The notes below the pieces were generated by a model. That model did no database searches, had not been told where the DNA came from, and worked only from the letters and a program-made list of their open reading frames with translations. A DNA stretch of 64,000 nucleotides from a virus (taxonomy: Duplodnaviria; Caudoviricetes): the IMG/VR virus record IMGVR_UViG_2896201746_000001, positions 32,001 to 96,000 of that record; one strand, given 5' to 3'. Position numbers and translations under genes: made by a program. Of this stretch, positions 27,987 through 36,104 are shown piece after piece. The first letter of the stretch is position 1, and every line of letters starts with the position of its first letter.

Positions 27987-29216
27987 ATGAACGCTCTCGC
28001 TCCGACCGCTGCCGCTGCCGCCCCGATGCCGTTTGGTCAGCTCGACCCGTTCACCGCCGCCCTGATGGCCGACGTCGATGCCGACGCCAAGGCCGCGGCT
28101 TCCAAGAGCGCCGACCGCTTCCGCTTCAAGGACGCCGGGGAATACTACCTGCGCCTTGTTCCGTCGAAGGGTTTCGGCACGCAGAAGCCCGACGGCACCT
28201 GGAACACCCGCTGGTTCCACAGCTTTGGCACCCACGCCTTCAAGCCGCCGGGGTATGAGAAGAAGGTCTGGTTCGGCTGTCTGCATCACACCTACGGCCA
28301 GGCCTGCCCGCTGTGCGCCGCCGTCGCCACCGGCAAGAATAACCCGATGGTGGCCGAGATCGCCGACGAGGCGTATGCGTCGCGCCGGTATCTGGTGAGC
28401 GGTCAGTTCTTCGACCCCGTCACCCGCACCTTCAACCCGGTCGTGCCGATCGAGCTGGCGAAGACCCAGTTCGAGAAGATCAAGGGTCTGCTGCTGGTGT
28501 CGAAGACGTTCTTCGCGCTGCAGGGCGGCTACGTCTTCAAGGTCGTCGCGACGCCGCGCTCGCAGGGCCAGGGTATGGAGATCGCCGTCTCCGACGCCTC
28601 GCCGTTCGACACCGGCATCACCGACGACGATCTGCTCGACCTGGAAGAGATCGTCCGGGCCGACATCATCGAGAAGAACGCCGCGGTCGCGTCCTTCACC
28701 GGCGATCTGCTGCGTCCGCTCGCCCAGCAGCCCGGGCAGCGCTCCGCCGGTGGCTTCGCGGCCGTCGGTGCGCCGAACGGCTTCCCCGGTGCCCTGCCCC
28801 CGCCGTCGGCTGCTCCGGCCGGCTTCCCGGGCGCTGCGACGCCGGGCTACGCTGCCGGTGCGCAGTTCATGCAGTCGGTCCAGCAGCCGGCCCAGGCGAT
28901 GCCCGGCTTCCCGGGTGCCGCCGCTTCGCCGGCCGCTCCCGCCTTCCCCGGCGCTGCTGCCCCGGCCGTCGCTCCGGCTGGCTTCCCGGGTGCAGCTCCG
29001 GCCGCGGCCGTCGCGCAGCCCCAGCCGGCCGCTGCTCCGCAGCCGACCGTGATCGACGTGCCGGCCCAGCCGGTCGCGCCCTCCCCTGCCCCGCAGCCGG
29101 CGGCAGCTCCCGCCGCCGTGCAGCCGGCCGCTGCCCAGCCCGCCCCGGTCCAGCCGGCCGCCACCTCGGCCGAAGCGCTGGCCGCCGAGCTGGACAGCAT
29201 CCTGGGCGGCCTGTGA
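27987..29216 (+). CDS. T4 gp32-like ssDNA-binding protein with Pro/Ala/Gln tail
   Basis: LRLVP, H...C...CPLC zinc motif, acidic end LAAELDSILGGL. Confidence 0.7.
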   Translation: MNALAPTAAAAAPMPFGQLDPFTAALMADVDADAKAAASKSADRFRFKDAGEYYLRLVPSKGFGTQKPDGTWNTRWFHSFGTHAFKPPGYEKKVWFGCLHHTYGQACPLCAAVATGKNNPMVAEIADEAYASRRYLVSGQFFDPVTRTFNPVVPIELAKTQFEKIKGLLLVSKTFFALQGGYVFKVVATPRSQGQGMEIAVSDASPFDTGITDDDLLDLEEIVRADIIEKNAAVASFTGDLLRPLAQQPGQRSAGGFAAVGAPNGFPGALPPPSAAPAGFPGAATPGYAAGAQFMQSVQQPAQAMPGFPGAAASPAAPAFPGAAAPAVAPAGFPGAAPAAAVAQPQPAAAPQPTVIDVPAQPVAPSPAPQPAAAPAAVQPAAAQPAPVQPAATSAEALAAELDSILGGL

Positions 29217-29239
29217 TCGCCTGCGATCGCTGACGAATG

Positions 29240-29270
29240 AGAGGGGCCTTCGCGCCCCTCTCCTTTTATC
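29240..29270 (+). terminator. Intrinsic terminator
   Basis: gagaggggc-cttcgc-gcccctctc-ctttt. Confidence 0.75.
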
Positions 29271-29282
29271 GGGAGCAACCCC

Positions 29283-30209
29283 ATGACAACGACTCTGCTG
29301 GTCGACGGCAGCAACATCGCCTGGGCGGCGTTCTATGTCGGCGAGACGCTGATCGACCATCTTGGCCGGCCGACCGGCGCGATCTTCGGCTTTCTGCGCA
29401 TGGTGCGCGCGGCGGCCGACCAGATATCCGAGCTGACCGGCGACACGGTCAAGGTGATGATCGCCTGGGACAGCAGCCGCGAGAGCCTGTGGCGGCGCGA
29501 CGTATACCCCGACTACAAGGCGAGCCGCGACACCGAGAAGACGCCGGAGGATCTGGCGAGGCTGGCCGACTTCGGCGATCAGGTGAAGCGCATCCGCCAA
29601 ATCCTGCCCTGCCTCGGCATCACGCAAATCCGAGCCGAGCGCTTCGAGGCCGACGATCTGGCCGGCTGGCTGACCCGGCGCTGGCCGCAGACCCGTTTCG
29701 TGCTGATGAGCGGCGACTATGACTGGCTCCAGCTCGTCAGCCCGACCGTGTCGTGCTGGATCGTCAGCAAGGCCCAGCTCGTCACCCCGCTCAACTTCGC
29801 CGACATCGTCCAGGCCCGCTACGGCGTGCCCCTGACCAACCCCGACCAGTATGTGCGCATGAAGGCGATCGCCGGCGATGACGGCGACGACGTGCCGGGC
29901 GCACCGGGTATCGGCACCAAGACGGCCGGCAAGTATATCCTGGGCGAGCTGGCGAAGAAGAAGGACGGCACGCAGACGGCCAAGGAGCAAGCCATTGTTC
30001 AATGGCTCAATGATCCAATGGGCTACGAGCGCTCGCTCAAACTGGTCGATCTGCGCGACATGCAGATCCCGGCCGAGGCGGTGACGCTGGAGCGCGGCGC
30101 GTTCGACGAGAGCGCCTTCGTCGATGTCTGCATGACCCACTCCTTCGACAGCATCTACAACGACCTTCCGACCTGGATTGTCCCCTTCAAGCTGGCTGCC
30201 GTCTCCTGA
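29283..30209 (+). CDS. 5'-3' exonuclease/flap endonuclease
   Basis: LVDGSN, YKASR, EADD, SGDYD, GDDGDDVPG..GIGTKTA. Confidence 0.92.
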   Translation: MTTTLLVDGSNIAWAAFYVGETLIDHLGRPTGAIFGFLRMVRAAADQISELTGDTVKVMIAWDSSRESLWRRDVYPDYKASRDTEKTPEDLARLADFGDQVKRIRQILPCLGITQIRAERFEADDLAGWLTRRWPQTRFVLMSGDYDWLQLVSPTVSCWIVSKAQLVTPLNFADIVQARYGVPLTNPDQYVRMKAIAGDDGDDVPGAPGIGTKTAGKYILGELAKKKDGTQTAKEQAIVQWLNDPMGYERSLKLVDLRDMQIPAEAVTLERGAFDESAFVDVCMTHSFDSIYNDLPTWIVPFKLAAVS

Positions 30210-30240
30210 CAGGGCGCTGCATCAATAGAGGAATAGCTCA

Positions 30241-31440
30241 ATGGACTTCGACAAGATCATGGAAGGGCTGGCGGACGCCGTCGGCAGCCGCGACAGCTTC
30301 TCCGGCTCCGTGCCCTACTGGCTGCCTACCAGCCTGCCCAACGTCAACATGGCGATCTCCGGCGATCCGAACCTCGGCTTCCCCGGTGGGCGCATCATCA
30401 CCATCGCCGGCCCGGAAAGCTGCGGCAAGACCGCGCTGATGACCGAGCTGATGACGAAGGCGCAGCGCATGGGCGGCTTCTCGGCACTGGAGGATTTCGA
30501 GCACGCCTTCGCCCATGTCCATGCCAAGCGCCTGGGGCTGGCCTGCGACGACACCGATAAGAACTGGTACTACCGCAAGCCGGCGACGGCGGAGGAGGGC
30601 TTCGCCCGCGTCTACAAGATCATGCGGTACGTCCGGTCGGTGGAGCTGGGCTTCACGCTGCCGAAGGACACCGACAAGAAGCCGCGGGCGTCGGCCGAGG
30701 CCCTCTATGACGCGATGCGCGGCGTCGATCTGTCGAAGCTGGTGCCAATGGTGCTGGGCATGGACTCCATCGCCTCGATGATCCCGGAGGCGCAGGACGT
30801 CGACTACACCAAGCAGAACATGAAGACCAAGAACATGGAGCACGCTGCCCTGCTCAGCATCGAACTGAAGCGGCTGGCGCGCGACGCCGACGTCACCGGC
30901 GCGACCATGATCCTGCTGAACCAGCTCCGCACCAACCCCGGCGTCATGTTCGGCGACAACTCGACGGAGCCGGGCGGCAACGCGCCGAAATTCTATGCGT
31001 CGGTAATGCTGCGCCTGCGCCGGGTCGACAAGTGGTATCGGAACTACGACGACAAGACGTCCGAGGTGATCGGCGACGTCGTGGAGTTGTATACCCGCAA
31101 GAACAAGGTCTTCCGGCCCTTCAAGAAGACCAAGTACGTCTTCCGCACCGTGGATCCGGTCGGCCTGGACCCGATCGGCACGATGATCCTGCTCGGCAAG
31201 GAGGCCGGCGTGCTCGGCCCGGTCGGCGGCGTCACGGTCGAGTTCGAGGGCAAGAAGCGCTGGAACGTGAACGACTTCGACGAAGCCTGCCGCAAAGACC
31301 CAGACCTCGCCAAGCGCCTGACCGACCACGTCATGTCGTCGATCAACCCGGTCGAGGACGGCCCGGTCCAGTCCGATGACGAGAGCACGCCGGCACCGGG
31401 CGGCGCTGGCAGCGTCGACCTGTCCAACGCCTTCTCGTAA
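30241..31440 (+). CDS. recA: RecA/UvsX recombinase
   Basis: GFPGGRI..IAGPESCGKT, DSIA, NQLR, PGGNAPKFYASV, KNKV. Confidence 0.92.
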   Translation: MDFDKIMEGLADAVGSRDSFSGSVPYWLPTSLPNVNMAISGDPNLGFPGGRIITIAGPESCGKTALMTELMTKAQRMGGFSALEDFEHAFAHVHAKRLGLACDDTDKNWYYRKPATAEEGFARVYKIMRYVRSVELGFTLPKDTDKKPRASAEALYDAMRGVDLSKLVPMVLGMDSIASMIPEAQDVDYTKQNMKTKNMEHAALLSIELKRLARDADVTGATMILLNQLRTNPGVMFGDNSTEPGGNAPKFYASVMLRLRRVDKWYRNYDDKTSEVIGDVVELYTRKNKVFRPFKKTKYVFRTVDPVGLDPIGTMILLGKEAGVLGPVGGVTVEFEGKKRWNVNDFDEACRKDPDLAKRLTDHVMSSINPVEDGPVQSDDESTPAPGGAGSVDLSNAFS

Positions 31441-31462
31441 ATCGAAAACGACTGACTGCAAA

Positions 31463-31500
31463 ATGAAGCCCGCGGAAAACTCCGCGGGCTTCTTTCATTT
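31463..31500 (+). terminator. Intrinsic terminator
   Basis: gaagcccgcgg-aaaact-ccgcgggcttc-tttc. Confidence 0.75.
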
Positions 31501-31583
31501 CTCCTGTCATTAATTGCTGAAGTATATTTCTCGTGTCGCGACACAGCGACGCTGATTTGTGTTGCATCAGTGGAGAATGCCAG

Positions 31584-32573
31584 ATGTCTTCTCTCGTTTC
31601 CTCTATCATTGCTTTGCCGATGCAGAAGCGCATGCTGTCCCCGAATGACGCCCGCGAGCTGTACGACAACCATGTCGACCGGCACTTCGTTCAGCGCATC
31701 TTCAAGCCGAGCAAGGCCAAGGACATCGAGAAGACAATCAAGGCCGGCACCTACATGGGCGTCGTGCCGTTCGTTTTCTTCAAGATCCGCGGCATAAACC
31801 GGCTGCTGCTGGTCGACGGCCAGCACCGCATGAGCGCCATCGCCAATGCCGGGGTCGTGGTCGAGGTTTTCTTTGTGGTCATGGAAATGCCGGACGAAGC
31901 GACAGCCCGCAAAGCCTTCCTAGAGTTCTATCGCGGGTCGACGCCGTCTGCCACCGATGCCGTCTCCCCGGCCCAGATGTCCGGCGCTGGCCTGACGCCG
32001 TCCGAGACGAAGCTGGTGCTGGGTGCGGGCCGGATCATCTACCGAAATTTCAACGTCAGCGCCAGCAAGGGCAAGCTGGACCCCGAGCTGCTGTCGGGCA
32101 TGTTCGAGAACTGGAGCGCTGCCGGACAGGAAGCGTTCAAGCTCATCCGCGCCGCGGCCGGCAGCGAGGCGAAGAATTGGGAGATTGCATCGGTGCTGGC
32201 CGTCATGATGCCGACCCTGCTGCCGTCCTCGATCAAGGTCGAGGCGACGCGCTTCTGGGAGAACGTGCTGAACAAGCACGCCCGCCGCTCAATGTACGAG
32301 CAGGAGACGCGGGAGGCGCGCATTCGCCATAACCTCACCGCGGGCGGCCACCATACCCGACAGGCGGTCATCAGTGGCATGCTGGCGGGCTGGAACGCCT
32401 GGCGCGATTCCCTGCCCCGCCCCTTTACCGGCTCGCCTCGCAATGGCGCTCCGATCTACGATGTCGACCTGTCCCGTGTGCCGGCCGGCCTCCTTATCGA
32501 CGCCGTGCCGTATGTGCAGCCGGCCGCGGCCCTGAAACCCGTCATCATGCCGTTTTCGATTGCTGCTGAGTAA
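31584..32573 (+). CDS. DGQHR-motif (ParB/Srx superfamily) protein
   Basis: FVQR...LLVDGQHRMSAI. Confidence 0.7.
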   Translation: MSSLVSSIIALPMQKRMLSPNDARELYDNHVDRHFVQRIFKPSKAKDIEKTIKAGTYMGVVPFVFFKIRGINRLLLVDGQHRMSAIANAGVVVEVFFVVMEMPDEATARKAFLEFYRGSTPSATDAVSPAQMSGAGLTPSETKLVLGAGRIIYRNFNVSASKGKLDPELLSGMFENWSAAGQEAFKLIRAAAGSEAKNWEIASVLAVMMPTLLPSSIKVEATRFWENVLNKHARRSMYEQETREARIRHNLTAGGHHTRQAVISGMLAGWNAWRDSLPRPFTGSPRNGAPIYDVDLSRVPAGLLIDAVPYVQPAAALKPVIMPFSIAAE

Positions 32574-32646
32574 AGTCGTCTTTTTCTTGCGCTATCAGTA
32601 AGCGATGACATAAACTAACGACATAGCAAACAACGAGGTGTGTTAG

Positions 32647-33015
32647 ATGTCCACCGCTTCCCAGACCATCGCACTCGACCGCGACACCTTCGGCCCCGAG
32701 CTGACCGAGAAGCTGAGCAAGCTGATCCCGGAGGCGCAGGCCCTCGCCAATGAGGCCGGCGATCGGATCGACGTTGGTCTACGCTACGCCGACCGCACGA
32801 TGACGCTGCTGCACTTTAAGGAGGATCAGGGGCCGGAAGACTTCCTGCCGCTCGTGACCGTGGTGCCGGGCGAAGAGCTGGTGCTGAGCAACAACCTGGC
32901 CTTCGCGATGCTGAGCCGATTCCTGAGCGTCTACTTCACCGCCCAGACGATGCGCGAGACGGTCGCTGCCATGGCCGCCGGCGCAAGCCGGCCGGCGGCC
33001 GCAACTGTCCATTGA
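32647..33015 (+). CDS. Hypothetical protein
   Basis: RBS GAGGTG; operator motif upstream. Confidence 0.7.
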   Translation: MSTASQTIALDRDTFGPELTEKLSKLIPEAQALANEAGDRIDVGLRYADRTMTLLHFKEDQGPEDFLPLVTVVPGEELVLSNNLAFAMLSRFLSVYFTAQTMRETVAAMAAGASRPAAATVH

Positions 33016-33026
33016 GGGCGCGGCCG

Positions 33027-34148
33027 ATGAAACTGATCGCCTTCTCCGATCTGCATGTGCATCGGCACCGCTTCGGCGCGAGCGTCGATGCGAAGACCGG
33101 CCGGCACTCGCGCCTCCAGCACTGCCTGGACGTGCTCGACGTGACGGCCAAGGCCGCCGCATGCCACTATGCCGATCTGCGCGTCTTCTGCGGCGACCTG
33201 TTCCATGTCCGGGGCCATCTGCGCCCGACCGAGCTGAACCCAGTCTTGGAGCATTTCCGGGGCGTCCATAGCGAGAATTGGGCACCCGGCTATGATCTGA
33301 TCGACTGGATGATTCCGGGCAATCACGACATGGAGGGCCGCGCCGACGGCGAGCACGCCCTCGATGCGCTGAAGCCGATCCCCGGCATCTCGATCTTCGA
33401 GGGCTTCGGCTACGAGGTGCTGGATCTCAACCGCGTTGCCGGCCTGTCCGTCGGCCTGGGCTGGATTCAATACGCCCCGGACGTGCCCGAGCTGATCCGC
33501 CGTGTCGATCAGGTCGCCGCCAAGCGGCGCACCCACGCCCGCCAGCCGACCCACACGATCTGCCTGATCCATCACGGCGTCGACGGCTCGATGGCCGGCA
33601 TTCCGGACATGGGCTTCGGCCCGCAGCATCTGCCGACCGCCGACTTCGACCTGGTGCTGTGCGGCGACTACCATACCCACAAGCAGCTCGCCCCGAACGC
33701 CTGGATGCTCGGCGCTCCGCTCCAGCACACATTCGGCGACGCCGGCCAGACGCGCGGCTACTCGGTGATCGAGCTGGTGCCGGGCCGGCCGCCGGCGCTG
33801 GAGCTGGTCGAAGTGCCGGGCGTGCCGAAGTTCGTAACCTGGGACGCCGGCGACGCGATGCCCCGTGACGCCGCCGGCAACTTCGTCCGGGTCCGCGCCG
33901 ACGACAAGGACGCGCTCGCCCGTATGCGCAAGATCGCCGAGGATGCCGGGGCGCTCGCGGTGCAGGACGAGCTGGTGCGCTCGATGGCGCAGATCACCCG
34001 GACCAGCGTCTCGCTGAAGATGAAGACGAGCGACCTGTTCCGCACCTGGCTCGACGGCCAGATGAAGGCCGGTCAATACGCCGGGCAGGATGCGGCAGCG
34101 CTGGCAGCACTGAACGATGCCTGCCTGGTAGAAGCCGGGGTCGCGTGA
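33027..34148 (+). CDS. sbcD: SbcD/Mre11-like metallophosphoesterase nuclease
   Basis: SDLH, GDLFH, PGNHD, GDYH, QHTFGD. Confidence 0.9.
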   Translation: MKLIAFSDLHVHRHRFGASVDAKTGRHSRLQHCLDVLDVTAKAAACHYADLRVFCGDLFHVRGHLRPTELNPVLEHFRGVHSENWAPGYDLIDWMIPGNHDMEGRADGEHALDALKPIPGISIFEGFGYEVLDLNRVAGLSVGLGWIQYAPDVPELIRRVDQVAAKRRTHARQPTHTICLIHHGVDGSMAGIPDMGFGPQHLPTADFDLVLCGDYHTHKQLAPNAWMLGAPLQHTFGDAGQTRGYSVIELVPGRPPALELVEVPGVPKFVTWDAGDAMPRDAAGNFVRVRADDKDALARMRKIAEDAGALAVQDELVRSMAQITRTSVSLKMKTSDLFRTWLDGQMKAGQYAGQDAAALAALNDACLVEAGVA

Positions 34149-34208
34149 AGGCTCGTTCTGTCGTATCATTCAACGATGACAGAACTAAAGCCCATAGGAG
34201 TGGATCAG

Positions 34209-34676
34209 ATGGCGACGACCTTCACGGCCGACCAGCTCCGTGTCGGCATGGCGCTGCGCTACAAGGGCGACGACGTTCCGTTCGCCACGCCCTTCCTGAA
34301 GAACAAGGGCAACAAGCTCGGCAACTGGCTGCTGCCGAGCTTCACCGTCAACCCGGCCGCCCCCAGCGGCCGGAAGTGGGAAGACCTCCCCGGCTCCAAG
34401 CGCGACACCTACACGATCACCAAGATCGAGACGGGCCGCAAAGGCAAGGGCGGCCGGCCGCTCGAAGACCTCATCCATATCGTCGGCGAGGGCTACGCGC
34501 AGGGCACCGTGTTCGGCCTCGTCCCGGCCGACGTGATCGCGAAGTTCGAGCTGGTCGGCGACGCGGTCGACATGCTCGATCCCGAGAAGCTGCCCGATGA
34601 GATCAAGGCGCATCAGGCGACGATCCTGCGGGAGGCAGAGTGGTCGCGGCAACTCCAGCTCACCGAGGGCTGGTGA
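34209..34676 (+). CDS. Hypothetical protein ending LTEGW
   Basis: RBS AGGAG; codon bias. Confidence 0.7.
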   Translation: MATTFTADQLRVGMALRYKGDDVPFATPFLKNKGNKLGNWLLPSFTVNPAAPSGRKWEDLPGSKRDTYTITKIETGRKGKGGRPLEDLIHIVGEGYAQGTVFGLVPADVIAKFELVGDAVDMLDPEKLPDEIKAHQATILREAEWSRQLQLTEGW

Positions 34677-34984
34677 TGGTCGATCTGGTTTCGCTCAGCG
34701 CCGAGGACATCGAGGCGGCCCGCGCCGTCTTCGGTATCCTGGCGCAGGCCGAGGACACGGTCGAGGATCTTGTCCGCCGGGCCGACCGCTCGGCCTGCGA
34801 TCTGGTCGTCACCGAGGACGGCGACGAGGTCGAGCTGGTGCTGGAGGGCGACTTGCTGCGAACGCGGATGTCGCGCGCAGCGTTCTGCGAGGCGGCCGTC
34901 AGCAGCGGCCGGTTCCGCTTCGCCGGCGAGCACATGCGCTTCATGCCGCTCGCCTGGAACCGGGCATGGAGCCAGGGATGGTGA
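34676..34984 (+). CDS. Hypothetical protein ending WSQGW
   Basis: TGATG coupled, MVDLVSL... Confidence 0.7.
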   Translation: MVDLVSLSAEDIEAARAVFGILAQAEDTVEDLVRRADRSACDLVVTEDGDEVELVLEGDLLRTRMSRAAFCEAAVSSGRFRFAGEHMRFMPLAWNRAWSQGW

Positions 34985-35430
34985 TCGACACCTTCAGCGG
35001 CCGATACCGCTTTCTCAGCAACTTCGCGCCCTCCCCGATCGTCGCCGTGGGCATCCGCTTTCCGACCGTTGAGCACGCCTTCCAGGCGCTCAAATCGACG
35101 AGCCGGAGCGACTGGGAGAAAATCGCTATGCTGCCGACGCCGGGGCTGGCGAAGCGCGCTGGCCGCGGGCTGGCGCTGCGGTCGAACTGGAGCGAGGTGC
35201 GCGTGGCCGTGATGACCACGCTCGTCCTGCTGAAATTCTGCACCCATGTCGACCTGCAGCGCCGGCTCGTCGCTACCGCGCCGGCTACCCTGATCGAAGG
35301 CAACACCTGGGGCGATCGCTTCTGGGGCGTCTGCGGCGGGGTCGGCGAGAACAATCTCGGCAAGATCCTGATGTACGCCCGCGATCTGGCCGCAGCCGGA
35401 TGCTTGCCGCATACAGCAATGCCCCAATAG
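34978..35430 (+). CDS. NADAR/YbiA family protein
   Basis: FLSNF, FPTVEHAFQALK, KF..H..L...L, EGNTWGDRFWG...G.N.LGKILM. Confidence 0.92.
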   Translation: MVIDTFSGRYRFLSNFAPSPIVAVGIRFPTVEHAFQALKSTSRSDWEKIAMLPTPGLAKRAGRGLALRSNWSEVRVAVMTTLVLLKFCTHVDLQRRLVATAPATLIEGNTWGDRFWGVCGGVGENNLGKILMYARDLAAAGCLPHTAMPQ

Positions 35431-35471
35431 CTCCATTGAGCAATAGCTCTCTAGCCCTCAGCAGGTGGCCG

Positions 35472-35690
35472 ATGGCGATCCTGAAAGAAAGCGACTGGGT
35501 GCGCTAAACCCAGGAGTTCTGTGAAACGAGCATGACCACGGCCGGCATGAACGATCTGCTGAGCCGGCGCGGCAGGGTCATCCGCGTCCACAGCGACGGC
35601 AAGCTCTGGGACATCGACTGGGGCGACGTCATCCTCCAGTCGCCCACCGACTCCTCCCTGCATGTCGTGACCGACCCGCCAACCCGATAG
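35472..35690 (+). pseudogene. Small SH3-like gene with in-frame TAA at 35505
   Basis: MAILKESDWVR*TQEFCE...RGRVIRVHSDGKLWDIDWG; RBS AGGTGG. Confidence 0.5.
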
Positions 35691-35710
35691 CTCCATTGAA
35701 GCATTGCCCC

Positions 35711-36052
35711 ATGGCTGCATTGCTGAATGCCGACCACATGGGCCGGTATGTCGAGGTCTGGCGCACGCTCTCGGCCATGCAGTCGCCGCTCTCGCGCGGC
35801 CGGATGATCTGGCGCTGGCATGACGTGGGCCTTGGCCTCGATCTTCCGGCGGAGCGCCGGTACACGACGCGGCCGGGGCCGGACGGGGAGCTTCGCAGGG
35901 AGCTGCTCTATCAGCGCGACTACGACCTCCATCGCGCCGCCCTGGAGCTGATCGCCGCCGGCGCTCTGCGGGTCGACCATCTTCCGAACGGCGACTGGGT
36001 CTATCCGGACGCCGCGTGCTGGGAGGCGCTGCAATGGGCGGACGGCTGGTAG
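35711..36052 (+). CDS. Hypothetical protein ending WADGW
   Basis: ORF flanked by 8-bp arrays. Confidence 0.65.
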   Translation: MAALLNADHMGRYVEVWRTLSAMQSPLSRGRMIWRWHDVGLGLDLPAERRYTTRPGPDGELRRELLYQRDYDLHRAALELIAAGALRVDHLPNGDWVYPDAACWEALQWADGW

Positions 36053-36104
36053 GCCGATAGAGCGATTGAGCCATCGAGTCATTGAACGATAGACCAATAG
36101 GTGC

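Noticed and set aside
28740-29170. Repetitive GFPGAA / QPAA sequence as a DNA repeat element
   Set aside because: Explained by the low-complexity protein tail of the SSB
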